Below, piece after piece: positions 39,992 to 53,147 of a stretch of DNA of 64,000 bases. Each line of letters begins with the position of its first letter. Position 1 is the first letter of the stretch. The notes under the pieces were generated by a model. The model ran no database searches and was not told the origin of the DNA. It saw nothing but the letters and a program-made list of their open reading frames with translations. The stretch comes from Octopus sinensis (Eukaryota), in contig NC_043001.1 of the NCBI RefSeq assembly GCF_006345805.1, forward strand, positions 90,024,001 to 90,088,000. The letters are read 5' to 3'. The position numbers were made by a program, and so were the translations under genes.

Positions 39992-40327
39992 TATATATAT
40001 GTATATATACATGTACATATACATATATATATATATATATGTATATATATGTGTATATATTGATGTATATATATATATACATATACATATATATATATAT
40101 ATGTATATATGAATATATATCATCATCATCGTTTAGCGTCTGCTTTCCATGCTAGCATGGGTTGGATGGTTCTATGGGGTCTGTGAAGCCTGAAGGCTTC
40201 ATCAGGCCCAGTCAAATCTGGCAGTGTTTCTACGGCTGGATGCCCTTCCTAACGCCATATGTATGTATATATTTATGTATATATATATATATATATATAC
40301 ATACAAACATACATACACACACACATG

Positions 40328-40379
<52 letters not shown>

Positions 40380-40481
40380 CACAAATACATATATACTTAC
40401 ATGTGTATATTAATATATGTATATATCTATATGTAAATGTGTGTATATGTGTATGTATGTGTGTGTGTATATATATTTTTG

Positions 40482-40521
<40 letters not shown>

Positions 40522-40657
40522 TATATTTTTTTAGTACATGGCAACAGTGGAGCGACTGAAGCAAGAGACGCATACACATATGTGCGTGCACATACACACA
40601 CACAAACACACAGACACACACGCAGACACACGCACGCACACACACACACACACACAT

Positions 40658-40690
<33 letters not shown>

Positions 40691-40932
40691 CACACCATGT
40701 GTGCAGAGTCTGATAACCAGGTAGCAGATGTGTGATAGAAACTTTAACATAGTTAACAATAATATTAAGAAATAACAAAAAGTGAATATAACGTATCTTC
40801 AATGTTTTAATAATTTAATTGTTTTGGATTGAACACATAGACTTACATGATGTCACCTGCCAAGCAACTACAACTCTAATATGTATATATATAGATATAT
40901 GTATGTATATGTATATATATATATATATGTAT

Positions 40933-41008
<76 letters not shown>

Positions 41009-41074
41009 ATAAAACGGTAAGATAACAAAAGAAAGAAAGAGACCTCAATATTATGTAAATAGAGGAAATTTATC

Positions 41075-41265
41075 TATACAATATGTTACATTACTCGGTA
41101 GTCAAGATAAAACTCTGAGTTTCAGATGCCGAAGTGGAAATCCACAACACCATCTCTTCGTTTTCAAATAGCCAGATAACCGAAGAGATGGTGTTGTGGA
41201 TTTCCACTTCGGCATCTGAAACTCAGAGTTTTATCTGACTACCGAGTAATGTAACATATTGTATA
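41075..41265. repeat. Foldback with about 86-bp arms and a 20-nt spacer
   Basis: Arms 41075-41160 / 41181-41265 differ by one indel. The arms contain AGATG-CCGAA-GTGG-AAAT-CCAC-AACAC-CATCT, a hammerhead-shaped remnant. Confidence 0.93.
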
Positions 41266-41278
41266 TATATATATTATA

Positions 41279-41310
<32 letters not shown>

Positions 41311-41372
41311 CATATATATATATACATATATATAGATACATATATATATATCTATGCTTATCTGTCTGCCTG

Positions 41373-41441
<69 letters not shown>

Positions 41442-41456
41442 TTATCTATCTGTCTG

Positions 41457-41505
<49 letters not shown>

Positions 41506-42317
41506 TTATCTATCTATCTGTGTGTGTGTGTGTGTGTGTACGTTTGTGTGTGTGCGTGTGTGTGTGTGTTTGTGTGTAAATGTATGTATTTGTGTGTGAC
41601 TAGAATGCTGAAGTGGACCATTTGCTTTTTTGTATACTCACACATGCACACACACATACAAACACACACACACATACAAACACACACACACGCACATAAA
41701 TATTTATATATTATATATTTATACAAATATTTATATATACATGCTTATATAAACAAATATACATACATACACACACACACACACAGACACACACACACAC
41801 ATATACACACATATACACACACGCTTTGTATGAATATATATATAATGGTAAAAAAAAGGCAATGTGCCTCATATATACAATCACACAAACACACAAACAC
41901 CCACTCACACACACACGCATGCACACAAAGGCTAAATTCCCCCCCTCCCTCCGTCATACTGAAATTTGGGTCAAGATTTAGACAGCTTTCAATGGAAATC
42001 CCAATATATTCATTCATGTGTATATTCATGTTCATGTATGCTGGTTGTTTTTCACTGGATAATTTTATTTCATGTTTATTTGAAAAACAACCTACATTAT
42101 TATTACCATATGACATTCAGTTTCTCTCCTTAGTACTTCAATCATGTCACCTTTCTAATCGTTATTGAAAATGTTTTCTAAGGTATACAGTCAGTCACCA
42201 ACACTAATTCAGTTTTTACACTTGTATATTTGTTGTAAAATATACATTTTTGGAACAACCTCTCACTATGTTATTCTTAACCATTATCAGTATTATTATA
42301 TGAATATATATTTACTG

Positions 42318-42693
42318 TGCTGGTGGCATGTAAAAGGCACCATTCGAGCATGATCATTGCCAGCGTTGCTGGTGGCATATAAAAAGCACCATTTGAGCGT
42401 GATCGTTACCAGCATCGCCTTACTGGCTCCTGTACAAATGGCATGTAAAAAACACCATTTGAGTGTGGCTGTTGCCAGTACCATCCGACTGGCCCTCGTG
42501 CCATTGGCATGTAAAAGCACCCACTACACTCTAGGAGTGGTTGGCGTTAGGAAGGGCATCCAGCTGTAGAAACTCTGCCAGATCAAGATTGGAGCCTGGT
42601 GCAGCCATCTTGTTCACCAGTCCTCAATCAAATCGTCTAACCCATGCTAGTATCGAAAGCAGATGTTAAACGATAATGATGACAAAAACACAT

Positions 42694-42725
<32 letters not shown>

Positions 42726-42785
42726 GCATACACATGCACATCTAGAAATATATACCTACATATATATCCTCACCATCGTCTTCAC

Positions 42786-42828
<43 letters not shown>

Positions 42829-43110
42829 TTCATTTAACATCTGCCTTCTATGGGTTGGACAGTTTGAAAGGAGCTGGTTAGGCAGGAACCTGCATCAGAC
42901 TTCTGTGTCTGTTTTGGCATGTTTTTTACAGCTGGATACCCTTCCTAACACCAATCACCCAGCAGGGTGGACAGAGTACTTTTTATGTGGCACAGGCACA
43001 GGCGAGGTCAGTTTTGGCATAGCTTTTACAGCTGGATGCCTTTCTAAATGCCAAACACTTTACAGTATGGACTGGATGCTTTTTGTATGACACCAAACAC
43101 TGGCAGGGTC
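42318..43110. mobile_element. Tail-to-tail family E pair (plus 42318-42680, minus 42785-43110)
   Basis: Consensus motifs in opposite orientation, about 100 bp apart. Confidence 0.8.
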
Positions 43111-43686
43111 ACCAAAGGACCTGTCAGACAAAGATCCTTTGAGAGAGGAGAGGGGGGTATTGCAGGAAGAAGATAGAGATTCTTTGAGAGGAGAGGGGGT
43201 ACTGGAAGAGGTGATCTTGTGTGAAATGATGAAAAATGAAAGGTTATAAAACAATTGCAAAAGAGACTGGTACATCTTCAAATTTTCCTTTTAATTTTTC
43301 CAGTTAATTATAGAGCATAGTTGATAAACACGACTGACAGATGTTTCTGCTGCATAGAGAGAATGTGCAATTGTATATGCAGCCTGCTAGTTTCTGCTTT
43401 GTGCCTTCATTCAGGGTCTTTCTGCCAATGTGGTTTCGAGTGAATATTGTAATAGGACTTTTCTACTATTGGCACAAGGCCTGAAATCTTGGGGGCAGAG
43501 GCTAGTTGATTATATAGAACTATAGGAATCAGCTGGTACCTCTTTCATTTCATTGCTTTCAGTCAGCCTTGGCAAAATTTGAACTTAGTATGCAAAAGCG
43601 GGTGATATTGTGTGAAGCATTTTGTCTGGCATGCTAAAGATTCTGCTACATAGCCTTAAATATATTTGTATATATTTACATATATA

Positions 43687-43727
<41 letters not shown>

Positions 43728-43805
43728 TATATCTATGAGGGTAAATATATACATATAAATATATATATATTATTTATATGTATATGTATATGTATATATG
43801 TATAT

Positions 43806-43836
<31 letters not shown>

Positions 43837-43909
43837 ATATATATATATATATATAAATACACACATACATACATACATACATACATACATACATACATAC
43901 ATACACATA

Positions 43910-44300
43910 ATCATTGCCAGGGCTCCAAGCACCAGTTGAGCATGATCGTTGCCAGCACCACCTTACCGGCACATGTGCTGGTGGAACTTGAAAAGCAACA
44001 TTCTAGTGTGGTCGTTGTCAGTGCTGCCAAACTGGCTTCCATGCAGGCAGCACGTAAAAAAAACCTTGTGAGCAGGGTCATTGCCAGAACTGCCTGACTG
44101 ACCCTTGTGCCGGCAGCATGTAAAAGCAGCCACTACACTCTTGTAGTGGTTGGTGTTAGGAAGGGCATCCAACAGTAGAAATTTTGCCAGATCAGACTGG
44201 AGCCTGGTGCAGCCTTCTGGTTTGCCCATCTTCAGTTAAACCGTCCAACCCATGCCAGCATGGAAAGTGGACGTTAAACGATGATGACGATGATGATGAT
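43910..44300 (+). mobile_element. Family E retroposon
   Basis: Internal tandem units and (GAT)n tail. Confidence 0.8.
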
Positions 44301-44312
44301 ATCTATCTATAT

Positions 44313-44460
44313 ATAAAATCAAAATAAGCAACGGGATGTCAAGTAGTAATGCAGTACAATTGTTTCAAGTGGCTCCGTTTAATTGTTCAGTTAAATGGAG
44401 CTCCTTGAAGGTGTCGTACTGCATTACTACTTGATATTCTGTTGCTTATTTTGATTTTAT
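44313..44460. repeat. Imperfect 148-nt hairpin with a 4-nt loop
   Basis: ATAAAATCAAAATAAGCAAC... / ...GTTGCTTATTTTGATTTTAT; most arm differences are G.U on the plus strand. Confidence 0.9.
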
Positions 44461-44827
44461 TCACCTTACTCCAAGCTGTGCAAACAATACTGGACTGACT
44501 TAGTACTTCAACTTAAGTCCCTAATACTTATATATATACATATATAATTTAGTGACAGACCACTATTTAGTTATTCCATCAATAGTGAGAAGATATTATG
44601 TATAATAACGATATAGAAATTAATTTAATACATTATAATTATTATTCAGAAAATCACATAACAAATCAAACATTAAATTGACTACATGCATTTCATGACC
44701 AAATATATAAATCGATAATATTTAAAATTTAATTAAAAAAAAATTAAAATTCAATATTAATTCAATTTAAAAATATTTAGCCACTCTTCAGGCCAAAAAA
44801 ATAACATAAATGAATTTAGATACTATA

Positions 44828-44862
<35 letters not shown>

Positions 44863-45236
44863 ATATATATTTCAAAACTTTAACAAAAACACAACAAACG
44901 GAAAATTTTACAAAAACATAAACAGGAAAATTCGTAGCTAATTCTGCATCAGTCAACATTCAAAAGATCATTACAATTTTGCACCTTTAATGTTGATATT
45001 CTTCACTTTTGGTAGTGCCAGTGGCAAAAAGCCACTGAGAATAACTAACAAATGTACAGGACAATGACAGAAACACAACAAAATAAAACTTATATATACA
45101 ACATAAATGCTGTGTGCTGCAAGAAAGATGTAGAGTAACAAAAAGGAAAATAAAAATGTCCTGTAGGACTATATATATATATATGTATATAATTTATATA
45201 TATATATCATATTATATATACATATATATATATATA

Positions 45237-45268
<32 letters not shown>

Positions 45269-45272
<4 letters not shown>

Positions 45273-45540
45273 TATTTTTATATAAGCTTAAAGCTTATGG
45301 CGAACACCGTGCAATGACTAAGGAAAGTAGTCTAATATAGGGGCATATAAGTCCTCAACAGGAAAAAAGAAGGCTTTAACACACTTAGTCATGTTAACAA
45401 AGGGATGTAGGTTCATCTCTCACGCTGATAGGAAAGCCTTCTTTTTTCTGTTAAGGGCTTATATGCCCCTTTATTAGACTATTTTCCTTAGTCATTGCAT
45501 GGTGGTTGCCATAAATTTTAAGCTTATATAAAAATACCAT
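45269..45540. repeat. Foldback with about 108-bp arms and a 55-nt spacer, abutting (TA)n
   Basis: Arms 45269-45377 / 45433-45540, about 90% complementary. Confidence 0.92.
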
Positions 45541-45687
45541 TATTATTATTTACAGGATTGTTAACTCAGCAATGCATTAAAAACCTTTTGCACCGGAAAT
45601 CTATATAGCAATAATAAATCCCTGAGCAAGATGTAGACAGTAGTAACGCGGAATCGTGAAGTATATTTGCCAGACAGATAGATAGAC

Positions 45688-45787
<100 letters not shown>

Positions 45788-46135
45788 TAATATTACTCAC
45801 TCCATAATACTCAATTCTTGATTACATTGTTTTATTAAACTGAGAATAAATGTACATATAATATTGTTAACCGGGTATCTTAAACCTCTGCTCTGCAAAC
45901 CTCAAGTGATTCATAGAATAATTATATGTGACCCACAATCATTGAAGGATTACCTTGGTGATAAAAGCAGTGGTTATGTAGTTTCTTATATTTAGAAGAG
46001 TTTATGTGGTATGTAGCCTTCAACCATTTAGAATTAAATCCATTGGGAGTTGTCAACTATATTCTAGTTAATGGTAATAAATCAATTAATGTCAGTTAAT
46101 CTACCATACTTCCAATGTACTGGAACCATATATAT

Positions 46136-46509
46136 ATAGAATGGTTGTATACTGTCAATCTAACAAGAACGTGACAGTAGGGGGTACACCACCATTGTTT
46201 AGCCCTAGGAGGCATCGAACGCCTCCTGACAGCTTCGACACATTTTTTCCCTGTGTCCTTATATACATATACGAAGGGGAGACAAACACCCCCGGCCATC
46301 GGAACTGCATCTAGGGACACCGTGTTTCAGGATCATTGTCCTTCATCGACCTAGAGTGTTTGTCTCCCCTTCGTATATGTATATAAGGACACAGGGAAAA
46401 AATGTGTCAAAGCTATCAGGGGGCGTTTGATGCCTCCTAGGGCTATACAACGGTGGTGTACCCCCTACTGTCACGTTCTTGTTAGATTGACAGTATACAA
46501 CCATTCTAT
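46136..46509. mobile_element. Foldback with 154-bp arms whose spacer is a hammerhead motif
   Basis: Arms 46136-46289 / 46356-46509 with six differences; starts in (TA)n. Confidence 0.9.
46310..46355 (-). ncRNA. Hammerhead-ribozyme-shaped motif, type I, with a variant core
   Basis: Minus strand: TCTAGG-TCGATGA-AGGA-CAATGA-TCCT-GAAA-CACGGTGT-C-CCTAGA. Perfect 6-bp stem I, 4-bp stem II, ACAC/GTGT stem III and GUC triplet; core is UCGAUGA instead of CUGAUGA. Confidence 0.65.
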
Positions 46510-46739
46510 CGCCCCACCACCGTACATGTCTCTACGAGAGATTTAGAAATTCAATATTTCATATATATATAGCTTTATCTACATAAAAGGTTAGGTTGCA
46601 AGGTTGGTAGTAATAGAATGTCTAATGAGGATGGGGTGGTAAATGGAAGAAAGAAGGATTGGAGTGGGCAATACTTATTTAGATTATCAAAGAAGGGGAA
46701 TATAATGAAAAACCAAAAGAGATAAGTAATATAAACTTT

Positions 46740-47028
46740 GTTCCTTCTTGAGCCATGCCTGGCTCATAAGGGCCGGTTTCCCAGTTTCTTTGGAGTATAG
46801 GTTCCCCACCTGGATGGGACGCTGGTTCGTCGCAGGTGAGCTGCAAGAGGAAAGAGTGAGAGAAAGTTGTGGTGAAAGAGTCAGCAGAAGTTCGCCATTA
46901 CCTTCTGCCGGACCTGCATGGAGCTTAGGTGTTTCGCTCATAAAGACACACATCGCCTGGTCTGAGATTCGAACCCACGATTCCTTGACTGTGAGTCTGC
47001 TGCTCTAACCACTAGGCCATGTGCCTCC
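46740..47028 (-). mobile_element. tRNA-derived SINE family D, full length, 12-bp TSD
   Basis: Minus head GGCCTAGTGGTTAGAGC...GGGTTCGAATCTC. TSD AATATAAACTTT at 46728-46739 and 47029-47040. Confidence 0.9.
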
Positions 47029-48311
47029 AATATAAACTTTAGTGGTGGAAATTAGAATTGAAGGATATGGGAGGTAGTAATTTATAACTTAGCAAATTGT
47101 AAATCAATGGATATGTAGGAATGTTCTAAATGCTTTTATCAAACAAAATTTGTGAGGAACCCCCCTCCCTGGCAGTGTGTTTATGTCCTTTATTGAGTGA
47201 AATTACCAGACAATGCCCACCTATCTGGTGTTTAATGCCAGTTACTATTATAGTACACAATGCCATGCACTTTTGCTTTAACTCTTTTGAAGTTATTCAT
47301 TTATTTACTGAATAATTGTAATTGTATTTCCATCAACAGTACTAGAGAAATTAAATGTTTTATAATATAAGAAATACATGCAATTATTAAGTTATGAATT
47401 AACAGTCTTTCTTATGGGCTGATTTCAACTAATTCTAAGAAACTACAGCTACGACTCTTTAATTAGTATCATGGAAGAAACATAATAATTTTCAAGATAT
47501 TTTTTTTACCAAAAAAGAACAACTTCCATGTCACAAAGTACAGTGCTGTATTCTGTGTACCATATAAACTACATTAGTACTTTAAAAGCAAATCAAGATT
47601 CAGTGGGATGCCACTGTTGATTATATATTGTGTTGTTATTGAAGTCAAATAAAGAGTCACATTCTGAACAAATGACAGCATAACAACAACAATGGGATTA
47701 GATGTTAGATATTAGAATGGAAAACAGGATTTGAATCCAAATTTAGAATTTCTGGTTGCTTCAGAATTCTGCCAAAAGTCATTTTCAATCTGATTTGACT
47801 GACATCAAAACAAAACTTTAATAAAGACAATATAAACCATGTATATTTAAGTTTAGTTGTAAATCTGACATTAAATAAAAGCAGTTGATTTATTAGATCC
47901 TCCTTCACACTAAACACTCGACACAATTCTTCCTCTCTTGCACTCCTCTGTTTCCTCTCCTCCTACCCCAACATAAATCCTCTTATTCTCTGTTGTTCTT
48001 TCCTCTCATAGTAAATCTATTCCTTTGATCATGGAAAGCACTTTTGCTTTAGAAGCTACAAGGTGACCTTAACAGTACTGGTGCCACAAAAAACATTGAC
48101 TAAACTCTCTAAGTAATTGGTAATTGATTCAAGTAGTGACAATACAGTGCTCTACAGAGTTTCTAATGGCAAGGCAACCTGGTACCGTGACAAAATGTTC
48201 CCAGCACACTCTGTAAAATGGTTGGTTTTTAAGAAGGGCATCTAACCATACAAACAAAAACAAGATATTGGAAGAATACATGATCCTGATTCACTAAGTT
48301 TTGTCAAAATA

Positions 48312-48695
48312 GGTGCAGAAGTGGCTGTGTGGTAAGTAGCTTGCTTACCAACCACATGGTTCTGGGTTCAGTCCCACTGCGTGGTAACTTGGGCAAGTGT
48401 CTTCTACTATAGCCTTGGGCCAACCAAAGCCTTGTGAGTGGATTTGGTAGACAGAAACTGAAAGAAGCCCGTTGTATATATGTATATATATGTATATATG
48501 TATGTGTGTGTATATGTTTGTATGTATGTGTTTGTCCCCCCAACATCGCTTGACAACTGATGCTGGTGTGTTTACATCCCCGTAACTTAGCAGTTTGGCA
48601 AAAGAGACCGATAGAATAAGTCCTGGGGTCGACTTACTTGACTAAAGACGGTGCTCCAGCATGGCCGCAGTCAAATGACTAAAACAAGTAAATAA
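48312..48695 (+). mobile_element. SINE family A, full length
   Basis: Complete consensus. Confidence 0.9.
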
Positions 48696-49833
48696 AAAAT
48701 GTTCTAACCATGACAGCATGGAAAACAGACATAAAATGATGATGATGATTATCAGTTTTGCTGTGTAACTGTATGGCACACCAGTTGCTAAAAATATTAA
48801 CACCTGAATACCTCTCCACCCAGCATGCTACAGCCTCATTCTTGGTCTGATGAGTTTTTTCTTCAGTACATAATGGCATATTGTTCTCTTTAAGTTTAAG
48901 GCCCCGGATGGAGACACAAAAAGCACTCATTTATTTAAAATTTTTATTTTCAATTTTACACATAGGACACTGACAAAATTTCCACATCTTCATCTTTTTT
49001 TATTCTGTTAATCCTGATGTCCAGTGTTTCAATTAACCAATATCTTTTTTGTATTTAGCTTCTTCCAAGCTTGTGGTTTAGGATATTTCTTTGTGGAATT
49101 ATCTCCTAGTTGTCCTTTTTCCTAGCCAGATTCCTGCTGCTTGTACAGATACAACTTTGGTAGGAAAGTACGAAGATTTGGTATTTTCAAAAAGCAAACC
49201 AACTGACTTTATATCTTCTTTTGTCGTTGATAGTGTAAATGGCCATTCCAGCACTTCATATGGTGTGTATGGTGGAAGTATGAAAAATAGATAGGCAACC
49301 CTCCTCCACCAAAAAAACTCCTAAAAAACTCCCTTTAGTAAACAACTCAAAAACTGGAAAGCAGGAAGTCATTTCACAAAGAATTAGAAGATATTGGAAT
49401 ATCTAAAGAAATCATAATAATCAACATCAACACCAACAATATCATGATTATGGTCAACAACATAATCATCATCATCATCATCAACCCATGTTAATGTCCC
49501 CTTTTTCATTCTCACATGAGTTATAGAGAATATATATATACTCACACAATAAGCTTCTTTCAGTTTCTGTCAACCATATTTACTCATAAGGCTTCGGTCT
49601 CCTCAGGGCCATAGTAGGAGACAACTGACCAAGCTGCTGCATAGTGGAACCGAACCTGAAACATGAACTTCTGAACAACATTGCCATACCTGCATCTATC
49701 ACAGCCATGCTTGTAGCTTTAATACTTGTAATATAAGTTGACATCATCTCTTTCTTTAAATTTTTATTAAAGTAAGAATCAGAAATATGAAATGGCTAAG
49801 ACTTTAAAACTGAAATCATTATAGAATGCTACA

Positions 49834-50290
49834 AGGCGGTGAGCTGGCAGAATCATTAGCATGCTGGGTGAAATACTTTGCGGTATTTCGACTGTCGCTA
49901 CATTCTGAGTTCAAATTCCACCAAGGTTGACTTTGCCTTTCATTCTTTCAGGGTCAATAAATTAAGTACCAGTTATGTACTGGGGTTGATCTAATCGACT
50001 AGCCCCCTCCTCCAAATTTCAGGCCTTGTGCCTGTAGTAGAAAGAATTATAGAATGTTGCAGGAAAGAATCACAAGACAGATTCTTCAAGATGAGCCAAC
50101 CAACAGGAGACTTAGGGATAGACCAAGATCAAGATGGTTGGATATTATCTATAGTTTAGCTGGCCATGCGAGGGAATCCAGCCAGGAAGTCTAATGATGG
50201 TTGCTTCTGATTGGACCCTATGAAGGAGGTGTCTGAGGACTGTACCCCCATCACCATCCCAGGAATAGAGGACAGAAAAAATGGATGGAT
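49834..50290 (+). mobile_element. SINE B2 (49834-50045) followed by a decayed RTE LINE 3' fragment (50050-50290)
   Basis: Family B head, core and tail, then QERITRQILQDEPTNRRLRDRPRSRWLDII, an RTE-type C-terminus. Confidence 0.75.
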
Positions 50291-50668
50291 GGAGTTTAAT
50301 CATAACTGACAATCAAATACTCACACCAGTTGACTTTACTTTCCATTTTTACTCCTTCATCAATCTAAAAAGTTGACGCATTCATCATTGTCCTCATTTA
50401 ACGTCCACTTTTCTATGCTTTCATGGATTGGTCGAGTTTATTGAGATGGATTTTCTATGGATGGGTGCTCTTCCTGTTGTCAAATCTCACCTGTTTCTAA
50501 ACAAAGTAATATTTTCCCATGACCTGACATGTTTTCAAAAAGGGCTGGGAATATATTACACTGCTTGTATGACATTGACAATCATTTACAACTATCACAC
50601 AATGTCAAGGAGACACAAGTACATACACACATACACACACTCACACTCGCACACACATCCACACATCC

Positions 50669-50758
<90 letters not shown>

Positions 50759-51414
50759 TTACTTGTTATTGCTAAGTTGGCTTTTCTATTTACTTGTTTC
50801 TTTGAATTTACCAGTGTGTATAAGTGATAACTGTGGTTTTTGAGTCGCTTCGACTCTTATTTCTAGCAATACTGATACTATCTAGTACCCTGGTTATAAA
50901 TTGATAATTTTGCCTTTATGGTTATTCAATGCTTGCTAATCACTTATCACTTATTATTATTATTTATTAATAATAATATCTTTATATATATATAAATATA
51001 TATATATAATATATATATATATTATATGTACCAATATATTACTGGGTTTAATCAGTGAACTGTACTATAAAATTTGGCCTTGTTCCCAGCTGAAATAAGA
51101 ACCATTTTGATGTTAAGGCAATGCGTTTTTATACAGATTTGATCCAGGAATAAAAGGATTTTAAATTCTCGAAAGTTCTTTATTCACTGTCTTTCATAGA
51201 TGCAGTATTATTTTAATAAATAATGACGAGAAGGCGGCGAGCTGGCAGAAATCTTAGCACACCAGCGGTATTTCGCTTGTCATTACGCTCTGAGTTCAAA
51301 TTCTGCCGAGGTCGACTTTGACTTTCATCCTTTCGACTGACCCCCTCCCCCAAAATTTCGGGTCTTGTACCTAGAATAGAATAGAATAAATAATGACAAG
51401 AAATTTTATAGATA

Positions 51415-52410
51415 AGTTCTACTTTACTATAAATAGCTCGAAAAATCCGAACAATTGTCTCCAATCCTGAAATGCAGAAATTAAGGCTCCTGGCATTAAA
51501 ATAGGAGCTACTTGAAAGAAAGTAACCGTCCACACTTATAGAGAATGGAACTGAAGGTGCCAAAGTAATAGATATTGAATAATTACGAATGGTCAAAGAC
51601 ATTTAAATAGCACCAAATCTCTATCTTTAGTTGCAGCACAGAATTCAAGAAAAACAAGCCTTTAGCATTATCCATTGGAACATACCATTATGAAGCCAAG
51701 ATCTAACAATGAAAAAGGTATTTAAATCATATAAAATAATCAAATGCAAAAACTACCCCATAATTCCCTCAAAACTACCTGAGATCACCTTCGGTCACAA
51801 CACAGACCATGGGATTGCACCAAGAAAGTTACCCTCCCAGGCACAAGTCCGGGCAAGGTTGTTTATGGAAGACCAGCAGTCGCCCATGCATACCAGCCTC
51901 CCCGCTCCACGCCACCAGTGTTATCCAAGGGAAATTCAAAGGCCGATACAGCTTGGCACTTGTGACATCGCAACTTATTTCTACAGCTGAGTGAACTGGA
52001 GCAACGTGAAATAAAGTGTCTTGCTCAAGAATACAACACGCAGCCCGGTCCGGGATTCGAGCTCACAACCTCACGATAGTAAGCTCGACGCTCTAACCAC
52101 TGAGCCATGCGCCTTCATCAAAACTACCTTCTAACAACTATCAACTACAGACTCAACTCCAACAATTAAAAAGTGCGATCGTTCTAATTGCAGTGCTTAC
52201 ACCAATCTCATTGAGGACACACCATATAAATTTAAAGTGGTGTAAGTTTTTACTGTGAAAAACAACGTCACTCCTTCTTAGAAAAATGTAATAAATGCCA
52301 CCAAATGTAATGGATACTGCGAAGATTACATTTGACAAACATATCTGGGTGCAGCAAATTTCAGTTAACTTCATTTCAGTTCCACAGATTTTCGGCAACT
52401 CCTCTTTGCC
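51415..52410 (+). pseudogene. Penelope-like element remnant (RT thumb, linker, GIY-YIG start), interrupted by a SINE
   Basis: IARKIRTIVSNPEMQKLRLLALK*ELLERK*PSTLIENG (PLE thumb); IKKCDRSNCS (Zn-knuckle-like linker); KNVINATKCNGYCEDYI*QT (GIY-YIG). Many stops. Confidence 0.8.
51781..52117 (-). mobile_element. SINE family C with a 12-bp TSD, inside the Penelope remnant
   Basis: TSD TCAAAACTACCT at 51769-51780 and 52118-52129. Confidence 0.92.
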
Positions 52411-52951
52411 TTTCCTTAAGTGCATGACGCTACGTGACTAGTCTTGTTTACTTGAACTTGCTGCAACAGTCTGTCATACCGGAAGATGAGGAGTTTTATT
52501 TTCAGCAAGATGGGACACCCCCACACTACCATCGCGATGTTAGATCCTTCCTTGATAAGATCCTGCCAAACAGGTGGATCGGACGAAGGAGTTTCGTTAA
52601 ATATTCTTCGTGTGCACCTTACATCACATCACATCACTAGACTTTTTTATGGGGATACCTAAAAGACAAAGTCTACGTTATGAAACTGCAACATTCGCTA
52701 ATTTGAGAGCAGCCATTGAACGAGAATGCACACAAATACCAAACGAATTATTTCATGATGCTTGCGATTCAATTGCTTTGAGTTGTCAGCAGTGCCTGGA
52801 CCAGAACGGATGTCAGTTTGAAAACGGGCGTTGACAAAACAATAAAATAATGTCTGTAGATTCTATTAAATTTTGAAAATGAAATTTATTTTAATAAACA
52901 CCTACTTTACAATTATTTAAAGTATGTATACATTTTTTGGGACACTCTATA
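52410..52951 (+). pseudogene. Tc1/mariner rosa-like (DD41D-type) transposase C-terminal remnant with right TIR
   Basis: FYFQQDGTPPHYHRDVRSFLDKILPNRWIGRR...LDFF.WGYLKDKVY; terminal TTTTTTGGGACACTCTA|TA. The DD41D spacing is inferred because the SPDL region is corrupted. Confidence 0.8.
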
Positions 52952-53147
52952 GCTTTCAAATAACATTCATTTTTTAAATGTTATGACCAAAAACCGAATC
53001 ATTCATTAAATCAGTATGTAAAACATAACAAAGAAATGCTACCACGTCTTGTCTAAACAAGATATGTATATAAAAATATGTATATATTCATGCATACCTA
53101 CCTACCTATGTACATACTGTGTACATTAAATTACATCTGTCCATCTC

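Noticed and set aside
48760-49294. Short ORFs on both strands in unique sequence (for example MWNYLLVVLFPSQ... and the antisense PYEVLEWPF...)
   Set aside because: No recognisable domain and no consistent splice-site and phase chain. The region could be UTR or an unrecognised exon.
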